A stretch of 64,000 nt of DNA, taken from assembly GCA_934446465.1 (NCBI GenBank), contig CAKSEF010000001.1, positions 29,278 to 93,277 on the forward strand, written 5' to 3'. Under the pieces are notes generated by a model. That model did no database searches, was not told the DNA's origin, and saw only the letters and a program-made list of their open reading frames with translations. Position 1 is the stretch's first letter. Each line of letters opens with the position of its first letter. Of this stretch, positions 8,219 through 16,900 are shown piece by piece. This stretch comes from an uncultured Oscillospiraceae bacterium (GTDB lineage: Bacteria > Bacillota > Clostridia > Oscillospirales > JAAYXM01). A program made the translations under genes and the position numbers.

Positions 8219-10093
8219 ATGAAAAAAGTTATTTCACTTATATTGTCTCTCGCGATTATGACATCGCTTGCAGGCGTTGCGGGGGCGTCCTCGCTTCCTG
8301 CCGACGATGACATTGAGGCGATTCTTGATATCATGGGAATAATGACATATGATGCCCGCGGAAATTTTAACGAAGGCTCTTACGTTACGCGGGCGGCTCT
8401 TGCGAAGATACTCGTTTCGGCTTCCCAGTACAAGGGCTTGGCATCGGGCAATTCGCGAGTATCTCCGTTTGCCGACGTTATGTACACGCACTGGGGTGCG
8501 CCGTACATAAGTGTGGCATCAAAGAACAAGTTCATGACGGGGTATTCAAACGGATATTTCAAACCCGATTCTTACATAACTTACGAAGACGCTATAAGCG
8601 CCATACTCAGACTTATGGGATATACGAGCGCCGATTACACGGGTGCATATCCCCAAGCCCCGATTGCCAAGGCATCGGATATCGGACTCAGCGATGAGGT
8701 GAGCGTCTCAATAGGAAGCTATGTTTCGCGTTCTGAAATGGCGAAACTTGTGTACAATATGCTTAACACTCCGTCAAAGGGTCAGGACGCCATATACGCC
8801 GTAAGCCTCGGGTACAAGACGACGAGTGAGCTTCTTACGATAGGCGATGTTCTTGACGAAAATGTAACGGGTCCCGTAACGGTCAAGGCCGGAACGCTGT
8901 CTTCTCTCGGTCTTAATTCTCCGCGTGTTTACAGAAACGGCAAAGGTGCTTCATACGACAGCATAGAAAATTACGACGTCATTTATTACAGCAAGAAGAG
9001 CAATGCCGTCTGGGCCTATTCAAACAAGGTAACAGGGCTTGTGAATGCTATTTTTCCCAACAAGGAATCCCCCACCTCGGTTACTGTCGGCGGTAATACT
9101 TATAAGCTTTCGTATTATGCCGTACAACGCGCATTCGGGCTTGACGGAATTGAAGTTGGAGAGACCGTAACAATGCTTCTTGACAAAAACGGCAATGTCT
9201 GTGATGCTTATAATTCTTCAAAGCTCTACGAATCAAGTATCGGTGTGGTAATATCCGTTGAGGCAAAGACGATTACAGCCGGGGACGGCACAAAGACAAC
9301 AGGCTATTATGCAACGGTGCTTATGCCTGACGGAAGCACGGTTGACATTCCCCAGAAAACGGATTCAAAATCTGCCGTAGGATGCACCGTATCAATCGAT
9401 TACAAAACCTCGTCTTACAAAATCACTTCACACGGCGGTGCAACGGTAAGCGGGTTCGTCAATGCAAGTGCGCTCATCTGCGGTTACAATACACCGATAG
9501 CCTCCAACATAAAAATACTCGAAACCGATGATAACGGAAACGTGGCATCGGTTACGCTCAACAGGCTTGATGGTGTAAATCTCAAAACCGAAAATGTACT
9601 CCTTGCTCAGAAAAACGAATCCGGCGCGATTGACGCTCTTATTCTGAAAGATGTTACGGGTGATATGCACAAATACGGACTTATAACATCGGTAAAGAGA
9701 AATACGGTGAGCGACGGTGAAGGCGGAAGCGTGCCGAGCACCTATATGTATAATTACGACATCGGCGGAGTTAAGGGAACAATCGGTCTTAACGGCGTTA
9801 CAAGTGATGTAAGCGAGGGGCCTGCCGTATTCATCTATGACGACGGTGAGCTTTCGGAGATAAAGAACTTAAAGCGCGCCGACAGCGTTGAACTTCTCAC
9901 TCCCTCTTATGCGACGCTTACGAACGGAATCAAGCACAGAGTGTCATCCAATGTTCTTGTATATAAGATTGTTGACGACACAAAGATTCAGACATCACTC
10001 GATGAAGCCCTTTCGTACAAAGGCACTGTATGGGTTTACTACGACAAAGCCCAATCCGAGGGCGGACTCATAAGAGTTATATATCTCAGATAG
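8219..10093 (+). CDS. Secreted S-layer-homology (SLH) domain protein with an unassigned C-terminal region
   Basis: Signal peptide MKKVISLILSLAIMTSLAGVAGA. SLH-like repeats fall at roughly aa 50-190 (VTRAALAKILV, PFADVMYTHWGAPYISVASKNKFMTGYSNGYFKPDSYITYEDAISAILRLMGY, VSRSEMAKLVYNML). The remaining 430 aa or so is beta-rich with no motif I recognise. It starts 21 nt after the permease with a GGGGGA SD. Confidence 0.75.
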   Translation: MKKVISLILSLAIMTSLAGVAGASSLPADDDIEAILDIMGIMTYDARGNFNEGSYVTRAALAKILVSASQYKGLASGNSRVSPFADVMYTHWGAPYISVASKNKFMTGYSNGYFKPDSYITYEDAISAILRLMGYTSADYTGAYPQAPIAKASDIGLSDEVSVSIGSYVSRSEMAKLVYNMLNTPSKGQDAIYAVSLGYKTTSELLTIGDVLDENVTGPVTVKAGTLSSLGLNSPRVYRNGKGASYDSIENYDVIYYSKKSNAVWAYSNKVTGLVNAIFPNKESPTSVTVGGNTYKLSYYAVQRAFGLDGIEVGETVTMLLDKNGNVCDAYNSSKLYESSIGVVISVEAKTITAGDGTKTTGYYATVLMPDGSTVDIPQKTDSKSAVGCTVSIDYKTSSYKITSHGGATVSGFVNASALICGYNTPIASNIKILETDDNGNVASVTLNRLDGVNLKTENVLLAQKNESGAIDALILKDVTGDMHKYGLITSVKRNTVSDGEGGSVPSTYMYNYDIGGVKGTIGLNGVTSDVSEGPAVFIYDDGELSEIKNLKRADSVELLTPSYATLTNGIKHRVSSNVLVYKIVDDTKIQTSLDEALSYKGTVWVYYDKAQSEGGLIRVIYLR

Positions 10094-10100
10094 AAGAAAC

Positions 10101-10137
10101 AAAACGACTTAGAAGCGTGCTTCTAAGTCGTTTATTT
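10101..10137. terminator. Bidirectional terminator between the SLH gene and the Fe-S gene
   Basis: aaacgacttagaa-gcgtgc-ttctaagtcgttt followed by ATTTTTATT on the plus strand. It lies between convergent stop codons. Confidence 0.8.
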
Positions 10138-10836
10138 TTATTCTTTAACTATTCTGCCGTCGGTCGATATTACGACGACTCGCCACGGAATAAACTTTCC
10201 GCTGTTTTTCAGAGCTTCTGTTACCTGTCTTTCAAGACCTCCGCAGCACGGAACTTCCATTCTCGCTATTGTTACGCTTTTTATGTCATTATCGCGGATT
10301 ATTGATGTCAGCTTTTCGGCATAATCCATATCGTCAAGCTTCGGACATCCAATGAGTGTAACCTTCCCCTTCATAAATCTTTCGTGAAACGCACCGAACG
10401 CATACGCCGTGCAGTCTGCCGCAATCAGGAGCTCCGCGCCGTCAAAATACGGCGCATTTACGGGCGCAAGCCGTATTTGCACCGGCCACGAGGACAGTCT
10501 GCTCGGGGCATGTGAATTTGCGGAGACGTCAGATTCGGGCGACTGTTCTTTAATCCTTCGCGCAAGTGTTCCCGGACACCCGTGATGAGGCTTAGTTTTC
10601 GCCATCTGAGCTCTTTTTACCGCAGCCTCGTCATATGCCGCCGCTTCCCGTTCTACAAAGCTTATAGCTTCAACGGGACACGCGGGCAGGCAATCCCCCA
10701 GGCCGTCGCAATAATCGTCGCGCATGAGCTTTGCCTTGCCTTCTACCATTGCAATGGCGCCTTCATGGCAAGCTTCTGCACAGGCACCGCATCCGTTACA
10801 TTTTTCTTCGTCGATTTGAATTATTCTCCGTATCAT
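10138..10836 (-). CDS. 4Fe-4S dicluster domain protein with a Cys-containing C-terminal domain of unknown function
   Basis: I place the start at MIRRIIQIDEEKC (GAGGAG SD), trimming the ORF-track extension. Two ferredoxin-type motifs are present (CNGCGACAEAC and CDGLGDCLPACP), with LIGCPKLDD and MEVPCCGGL in the C-terminal half. Confidence 0.75.
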   Translation of the reverse strand: MIRRIIQIDEEKCNGCGACAEACHEGAIAMVEGKAKLMRDDYCDGLGDCLPACPVEAISFVEREAAAYDEAAVKRAQMAKTKPHHGCPGTLARRIKEQSPESDVSANSHAPSRLSSWPVQIRLAPVNAPYFDGAELLIAADCTAYAFGAFHERFMKGKVTLIGCPKLDDMDYAEKLTSIIRDNDIKSVTIARMEVPCCGGLERQVTEALKNSGKFIPWRVVVISTDGRIVKE

Positions 10837-10934
10837 TGCACTCAACTCCTCTATTCTCAAAACAAAACTGATTACATTAACTTTTGCACCTATTATACAA
10901 CACTCGCCGTTATTTTTTTGTTGCTTTTGCAACA

Positions 10935-10977
10935 AAAATCCCATACAATATGAAACACATATTGTATGGGATTTTTA
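10935..10977. terminator. Terminator after the Gfo/Idh/MocA gene
   Basis: 17-bp inverted repeat aaaatcccatacaatatg / atattgtatgggatttt, with TTTTTGTTG following on the minus strand. Confidence 0.75.
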
Positions 10978-11001
10978 ACTTATATATCTTGCGCGAAAAA
11001 C

Positions 11002-12015
11002 TTAATCGATAAAAACTTCCTTGCCGGTTCTCGCGGACTCGTAGATTGCGAGAACGAGACCTACGCTATGGAGCGCCTGCTCGCCCGTAACCATCGGGTC
11101 TCTCTCTTCGATAACTGCGCGGGACATATCCTCAATCTGATATGCGTGGAGATTATCGGTATAGGTGCAGTTAAGTCCTCCCATGCTTCCCTTTGTTTCG
11201 GGCATTGTGATTGACTTATCCTTCATTTCCCATTTATAGATACCGTTATTTCCTATCTCGGCAAAGCCTTCCGTACCGCCGATTGTAAATATTGTATCGA
11301 GCCCCGGGTATACTGTCGTGGCGCACTCGATAACGCCCATCGCACCGTTCTTATAGCGTACCATTATTACCGCAGTATCCTCAACCTCTGTTTTCCAATT
11401 AAGGCGCTCACAGCGAGCAAATACACTCTTAATTCCGCCTGTGAGCCAGTCGATAAGGTCAACGCCGTGGATACCCTGATTCATCAGAGCGCCGCCGCCG
11501 TCAAGCTCCCATGTTCCGCGCCATTCACCGCTGTCGTAATATGCCTGGTCTCTGTAGTATTTAAGGTAAGCGTCGCAAAGCGTGATGTTTCCGAATACGC
11601 CCGACTCCACTGCTTTCTTCAGCTCAATCGCCGCCGAGAAAGTTCTTCTCTGGAAAATACATCCGAGTTTAACGCCGTTCTTTTTGCAAGAGTCAATAAG
11701 TGCCTGCATTTTTTCGCGCGTAACGTCCATAGGCTTTTCGCAGAGGACATTCACGCCATGCTCCGCGGCGATTATTCCGCACTCTGCGTGCTTTCCGCTC
11801 GGAGTGAGTATGCAGCATACGTCGAGCTGCTCGTTTTCAAGCATTTCAGCTTCATCCGTATACCATTTAACTCCGTACTTTTCGCCTGTCTCGCGCGCCT
11901 TTTTTTCATCAATATCACACACGGCGCGAAGCTCAGAAGAGCTTGATTTTTCAATACCGTCCAAGTGATTCCATGAGATTCTTCCGCATCCTACGATTCC
12001 GTATTTTACACTCAT
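11002..12015 (-). CDS. Gfo/Idh/MocA family NAD(P)-dependent oxidoreductase
   Basis: 337 aa with an N-terminal Rossmann motif YGIVGCGRISWNH, the EKP motif (LCEKPM) and a typical C-terminal alpha/beta domain. Confidence 0.85.
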   Translation of the reverse strand: MSVKYGIVGCGRISWNHLDGIEKSSSSELRAVCDIDEKKARETGEKYGVKWYTDEAEMLENEQLDVCCILTPSGKHAECGIIAAEHGVNVLCEKPMDVTREKMQALIDSCKKNGVKLGCIFQRRTFSAAIELKKAVESGVFGNITLCDAYLKYYRDQAYYDSGEWRGTWELDGGGALMNQGIHGVDLIDWLTGGIKSVFARCERLNWKTEVEDTAVIMVRYKNGAMGVIECATTVYPGLDTIFTIGGTEGFAEIGNNGIYKWEMKDKSITMPETKGSMGGLNCTYTDNLHAYQIEDMSRAVIEERDPMVTGEQALHSVGLVLAIYESARTGKEVFID

Positions 12016-12201
12016 TTCCCGCTACCTCTTTTCAATTCTCATATAGATCCTATACATAATACACCGATATTCCACTTTTTGCAAGCCAAAACAGATAATT
12101 TATTCTGCTTTTTTGTCATGCTCTATCGATTCACTGATATAATAACGTATTACCGCCGAAAGCTGAATTGTCCGCAGGTGCTTTTTTGCATTGCAAATTG
12201 T

Positions 12202-12232
12202 GCAAAAAATAGCTTTCCGGAAGGAAAGCTAT
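12202..12232 (-). terminator. Rho-independent terminator after aconitase
   Basis: On the minus strand: atagctttcc-ttcc-ggaaagctat followed by TTTTTTGC, 12 nt after the stop codon. Confidence 0.8.
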
Positions 12233-12244
12233 TTTCTGTTTTAA

Positions 12245-14497
12245 CTATTTGGAATAGTAGTTGATCAAACATCCCGCAAGAATTATATCGCGCTCTTCAC
12301 GCGTGAGTTTTGGAGTTTTTAACTCTATTGTGCTTATGCCGTCCTTTTTTATCAGCTTTGCCGTAATGCTCTCTGCATCGCTTTCAAGCATTTTTTTGAT
12401 GCCTTCGATATAAATGCAGTCGCCCGCTTCAATTCCGTAGCTCTCCGCATTATCGAGGACAAACGGAAGCATACCCCAATTTACTACGTTTGAGCGATAT
12501 CTCTTCGTGGCAAAATCTCCTACGATATTTGCAACGCCCCCGAGAACTCTCTGGCATGACGCGGCCTGCTCGCGGGCTGAGCCGTCGCCCGGTTTGAGGG
12601 CAAATACGGCAGTTCCGAACGATGTATTTGCAAGGTCAATGTCCCCTACATTGCGGTCAAACACGCCGAGAACATCATTCTCGCCTGCACGGCGGCGGAG
12701 CTCTGAGTCATGTATCTTATTTGCACGCCCGACATATTCGGGGTCTTTACGCGACAGCGCAAACGATGCAAGCTTTATCGGGTTTGAGCGGTAAGACGAA
12801 GTTTCTCCCGAGGGGATAAGCTCGTCCGTGGTTGTTACGGGGTCATATATTGCGCTTGCCACCGAGATGAGCAGGTTATCCGTCATTCCTATCATTTTCG
12901 GCCAATCCGCGATATTCGGCCCAAACTTCAGCTCGGCTTTTGGGTCTGCCTTTCCTACGCCGTAATAGATTCTGCTTCTGTAAGGAGTGTCATCAAACTT
13001 ATATTCTTCGTTTTTCGGGTCTTCGGGGATATAGTCGAGCTCGAATGCAGATGTAAGCTCGCCTCCGTTCTTTGCCGTCGCGGCAATCGAACGGGCGTCC
13101 ATGAGAGCGACATAGGAAACCTGATTATCTCCCGGCTTGCTTCCCTCTCTGTTGGGGAAGTTGCGTGTTGCGTGGCGTATTGAAAGCGCGCCGTTTGCAG
13201 GGACGTCTCCCGCACCGAAGCACGGCCCGCAGAAGCATGAACGCACACTGACACCTGCCGCGGTTATATCTTCAAGCGTTCCGTCGCGCATAAGCTCGAG
13301 GGACATCGGCGCCGACGCCGGATAAACCGAGAGCCAAAATGCACCGTCGCCTGTTGAAGAGCCCTTAAGTATATCGCGGACACGGCGTATGTTCTGGAAC
13401 AGACCGCCCGAACATCCCCCGACAAAGCCTTGGTCAACATAGAGCTTACCGTTTCTTATTTTATTTAGAAGCGATACTTTTTTATCGTCTATTCCGAGCA
13501 TCGTTTTCGTATCTTCATCAACCTTGGCGAGAATATCGGAAAGATTTTTCTTCAAGTCGCGGATTCGGTAGACGTTTGACGGATGGAACGGAAGCGCTAT
13601 CATCGGTTCAACCTTGGAGAGGTTGACAACTACCGCGCAATCGTAATATGCACCGGAACCCGGATGCAGAGGTTTATAATCTTCACTTCTGCCGTGAGCG
13701 GTCAAGAAGTCGCAGACTGTTTTGTCCGTTTCCCAAATAGATGACAGGCACGATGTTTCCGTTGTCATGACATCTATACCGTTTCTGAAATCCATACTCA
13801 GATTTTCAATTCCCGGGCCTACAAATTCCATTATTTTATTCTTTACGGTGCCGTTTTTAAACACCGCCCCGATTATTGCAAGCGCAATATCCTGCGGACC
13901 TACTCCGGGACGCGGTGCGCCTTCAAGATATACACATACCACTTCCGGATATGCTATGTTATATGTCTTTGAAAGAAGCTGACGCGCAAGTTCCGGCCCG
14001 CCCTCGCCTATCGAAATCGAACCGAGCGCGCCGTATCTTGTATGCGAATCCGACGCAAGAATCATCTTACCGCATCCTGCGTATCTCTCGCGCATGTATT
14101 GATGTATTACCGCCTGATGTGCCGGCACAAACTCACCGCCGTACTTCTTGGCCGCCGAAAGTCCGAACACGTGGTCGTCTTCATTTATTGTTCCGCCGAC
14201 GGCGCAAAGGCTGTTGTGGCAGTTTGTAAGCACATACGGAATGGGGAACTTTTCGAGTCCCGATGCACGTGCTGTCTGAATAATGCCGACATATGTGATA
14301 TCGTGCGACGCCATTGCGTCAAATCGTATCTTAAGAAAATCCATATTGTCAGACGTATTATGTGCTTCCAATATGGAATATGCCATAGTCTTTTTTCTTG
14401 CTTCGCTGGGAGCGGGAAGTCCGAGAACGCTTGCTTCACGCATGGAGAGAAGGCATCCGTCCTTCAGATATGCTCCGTTTTCACTTATTGAAACCAT
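12245..14497 (-). CDS. Aconitate hydratase (aconitase family, roughly 750-aa type)
   Basis: Aconitase Fe-S ligand regions ASDSHTRYGALGSISIGEGG and SCFCGPCFGAGD plus a swivel domain at the C-terminus. I place the start at MVSISENG (AAAGGGTG SD 5 nt upstream) rather than at the TTG 8 codons further up. Confidence 0.85.
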   Translation of the reverse strand: MVSISENGAYLKDGCLLSMREASVLGLPAPSEARKKTMAYSILEAHNTSDNMDFLKIRFDAMASHDITYVGIIQTARASGLEKFPIPYVLTNCHNSLCAVGGTINEDDHVFGLSAAKKYGGEFVPAHQAVIHQYMRERYAGCGKMILASDSHTRYGALGSISIGEGGPELARQLLSKTYNIAYPEVVCVYLEGAPRPGVGPQDIALAIIGAVFKNGTVKNKIMEFVGPGIENLSMDFRNGIDVMTTETSCLSSIWETDKTVCDFLTAHGRSEDYKPLHPGSGAYYDCAVVVNLSKVEPMIALPFHPSNVYRIRDLKKNLSDILAKVDEDTKTMLGIDDKKVSLLNKIRNGKLYVDQGFVGGCSGGLFQNIRRVRDILKGSSTGDGAFWLSVYPASAPMSLELMRDGTLEDITAAGVSVRSCFCGPCFGAGDVPANGALSIRHATRNFPNREGSKPGDNQVSYVALMDARSIAATAKNGGELTSAFELDYIPEDPKNEEYKFDDTPYRSRIYYGVGKADPKAELKFGPNIADWPKMIGMTDNLLISVASAIYDPVTTTDELIPSGETSSYRSNPIKLASFALSRKDPEYVGRANKIHDSELRRRAGENDVLGVFDRNVGDIDLANTSFGTAVFALKPGDGSAREQAASCQRVLGGVANIVGDFATKRYRSNVVNWGMLPFVLDNAESYGIEAGDCIYIEGIKKMLESDAESITAKLIKKDGISTIELKTPKLTREERDIILAGCLINYYSK

Positions 14498-14551
14498 TTC
14501 TAACACCCTTTCTGCAATCAATTATATATTAAAGGGTGTATAAAATCAAGT

Positions 14552-15121
14552 TCAGATTTTCGGACGTATCGCTATTGCGCCGTCTCTAAATTCGATTATT
14601 CCTATATCCGCGCCGATTTCGCGCAGGTACTTGTTTACGGCGATACTTACCGAATCATTTACACTCTCGGGGATTATATCCGTACTTATTTCATTGCCTG
14701 CAAGCATGATTTTTTCGAGTTTTGCCTCAAATTCGCGGTTTTCCGCATTAACCGCCAGCGAAAATTCCAGCGAAAGCTCCGTCTTCTCCGGCATAAAATT
14801 CACAAGCAGCCGCACAAGGCGCGGAATATTTGCCCCGCCCTCTGATGCGAGGTCCGTTATTTCCCTCGGATTTACGTCTGCGGAGAGCTTTATCTTTCCT
14901 TCCTCCGTTATTTCGGCATGGAGATTTTTAATGCTTCCGAATGACGAAAACACATTCCCGAGTATTTTTTCAATCGTCTCATTGTCAATTACGGTTTCTG
15001 TATTGTCTGACACGGCGTCTGTCTCCTTTCGTCCGCCAAGTGAAAACACTGCAATTACCACTGCCGCCAAAAGGCATAAGGTAAGCACCATGTGCCACAC
15101 TCTTACTCTGTAAACTCCCAT
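14552..15121 (-). CDS. Uncharacterised N-terminally membrane-anchored protein
   Basis: 189 aa with a single TM segment (MVLTLCLLAAVVIAVFSL) followed by an acidic, probably extracytoplasmic domain. GGAGG SD lies 5 nt upstream. No motif recognised. Confidence 0.6.
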   Translation of the reverse strand: MGVYRVRVWHMVLTLCLLAAVVIAVFSLGGRKETDAVSDNTETVIDNETIEKILGNVFSSFGSIKNLHAEITEEGKIKLSADVNPREITDLASEGGANIPRLVRLLVNFMPEKTELSLEFSLAVNAENREFEAKLEKIMLAGNEISTDIIPESVNDSVSIAVNKYLREIGADIGIIEFRDGAIAIRPKI

Positions 15122-15206
15122 AAAAACCTCCGAATATTTTTTGTCCTCTCACACTTTTAGACACTTTTTTACCCGTACCGCGGAGTAAAATACATTTATC
15201 AAGGCG

Positions 15207-16067
15207 GTGATGTATTTGACGAAAACAATATATGCCGATGAGCTTTTCATTATAAATTTTATTATTAACTATCTTCTTTTATTCGCCGCCGCAAGAATAG
15301 GCGGAGAATACATAAAACGGCGGCGTCTCGTACTTTCCGCGTGCATTGGGGCAGTGTATGGGCTCCTTATTTTTTTCAGGGAGCTGTCCTTTCTCGGCAG
15401 TGTTGCCGGCAAACTTATATTCGCCGCGGTAATGACGGCGGCGGCATTCGGGATACGCGAGCGGCGCAGGTTTCTCAAAAATCTTCTTCTTTTTCTCGCA
15501 TCTTCCCTATCATTCGGAGGAATTATACTCTTTCTGTACATATTCGGTTTTAACAGCATATGCGAGATAAGAAACAATATTTACTACATAGATGTCCCCG
15601 CGCATACACTGATACTTTCATCAATTTTTGCCTATGCGGTTCTGTCTTTCGTTTTCAGAAAACGTGCGGAAGATAAAAAAGCAAATATAAAGAAAATCGA
15701 TGTTATTCAAGGTGAAAAGAGCGTATCGTTTTTTGCACTGACCGATACCGGCAATTCACTGTGCGACCCAAGAAACAACGCACCCGTGATAATTGCCGAA
15801 TATTCGTCCGTACGGGAGCTTCTGTCCCCTTGTGTAACCGATGTTCTTGACGCAAGGAATCCTGAATGTTATCCTCTTGCCCTGCCGGAAATATGCGATT
15901 TCGGAACATTTAGGCTGCTGCCGTTTTCAACGGTCGATTCCTCGTTTTCGCTTCTTCTCGCATTTCGTCCCGAAGCCGTATCGGCAGACGGCGTTGTTCT
16001 TTCCGACGCTCTCATCGCAATTTCACGGGGTAAAATCTGCGGCGGTGCATATACCGCTATAATTTAG
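15207..16067 (+). CDS. spoIIGA: Sigma-E processing peptidase SpoIIGA
   Basis: The N-terminal polytopic membrane region begins [18 protein letters not shown], and the C-terminal aspartic protease motif is [12 protein letters not shown]. It lies directly upstream of sigE. The exact start (GTG 15207, ATG 15210 or TTG 15216) is uncertain. Confidence 0.9.
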   Translation: MMYLTKTIYADELFIINFIINYLLLFAAARIGGEYIKRRRLVLSACIGAVYGLLIFFRELSFLGSVAGKLIFAAVMTAAAFGIRERRRFLKNLLLFLASSLSFGGIILFLYIFGFNSICEIRNNIYYIDVPAHTLILSSIFAYAVLSFVFRKRAEDKKANIKKIDVIQGEKSVSFFALTDTGNSLCDPRNNAPVIIAEYSSVRELLSPCVTDVLDARNPECYPLALPEICDFGTFRLLPFSTVDSSFSLLLAFRPEAVSADGVVLSDALIAISRGKICGGAYTAII

Positions 16068-16078
16068 GAGGTATTTAT

Positions 16079-16798
16079 ATGAAAAAGCTCCAAAAAATAC
16101 AGCTTCTGCTTTACAAGTTCCTTGTACGGATTAAGTTTCCGTCGCTCTCGTCGGTTATGTATATATGCGGGAGCGATACGCTTCCGCCGCCGCTTACACC
16201 CGACGAGGAGTCATATCTGATATCGCGTCTCGATTCGGACACGGAGAATGTGCGGAAAATACTTACGGAACGCAATCTGAGGCTCGTCGTTTACATAGCG
16301 CGCCGCTTTGAAAATACGGGTGTGGGAATCGAGGACCTTATATCAATAGGAACAATAGGTCTCATAAAAGCGATAAACACATACAATCCGGAAAAGAAAA
16401 TTAAGCTCGCAACATATGCTTCCAGATGTATTGAAAATGAAATTCTCATGTATTTAAGGAAAAATTCGTCTCAGAAGGCTGAGGTGTCCTTTGATGAACC
16501 GCTCAATACCGATTGGGACGGAAACGAGCTTCTTCTTTCGGATATACTCGGAACCGAGCCCGACAGCGTTATGCGTCCGATAGAGGACGAGACCGACCGA
16601 GAGCTTCTTTATGCTGCGCTCAATTTACTGCCCGAGAAAGAACGCGCGATAATAAAAATGCGTTTCGGACTTGACGGCGAAACCGAAAAAACGCAGAAAG
16701 AAGTTGCGGATATTTTAGGAATTTCTCAATCGTATATATCACGTCTCGAAAAGCGCATAATAAACAGGCTCAACCGAGAAATATCAAAAATGACATAA
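16079..16798 (+). CDS. sigE: Sporulation sigma factor SigE (pro-sigma-E)
   Basis: A pro-sequence is followed by [17 protein letters not shown], and sigma-70 regions 2 and 4 are present ([31 protein letters not shown]). AGGAGG SD. Confidence 0.95.
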   Translation: MKKLQKIQLLLYKFLVRIKFPSLSSVMYICGSDTLPPPLTPDEESYLISRLDSDTENVRKILTERNLRLVVYIARRFENTGVGIEDLISIGTIGLIKAINTYNPEKKIKLATYASRCIENEILMYLRKNSSQKAEVSFDEPLNTDWDGNELLLSDILGTEPDSVMRPIEDETDRELLYAALNLLPEKERAIIKMRFGLDGETEKTQKEVADILGISQSYISRLEKRIINRLNREISKMT

Positions 16799-16836
16799 AA
16801 AAAGCACGGCGGAACATTAACCGTCGTGCTTTTTTA
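16797..16836 (+). terminator. Terminator between sigE and sigG
   Basis: aaaaaaagcacggcgg-aacattaa-ccgtcgtgc followed by TTTTTT, with one mismatch in a 9-bp stem. Confidence 0.7.
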
Positions 16837-16838
16837 CG

Positions 16839-16867
16839 GTATTAAATTTTCCTCTCAAGGCAATAAT
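16839..16867 (+). promoter_or_regulatory. Forespore (sigma-F/G type) promoter candidate for sigG
   Basis: GTATT (16839..16843), a 15-nt spacer, then GGCAATAAT (16859..16867). This fits the published sigma-F pattern GYATA-N15-GGnnAnAnT and lies 34 nt upstream of the sigG start. Confidence 0.45.
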
Positions 16868-16900
16868 GATATTACTTTTATGCTTTGGGGGGTTAAAAAT

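Noticed and set aside
12181-12210. AT-rich imperfect palindrome ttttttgca-ttgcaaattg-tgcaaaaaa next to the aconitase terminator
   Set aside because: It is a weak A/T-only stem adjacent to a much better terminator hairpin. It is most simply part of the terminator's flanking A/T tracts, and there is no evidence of an independent function.
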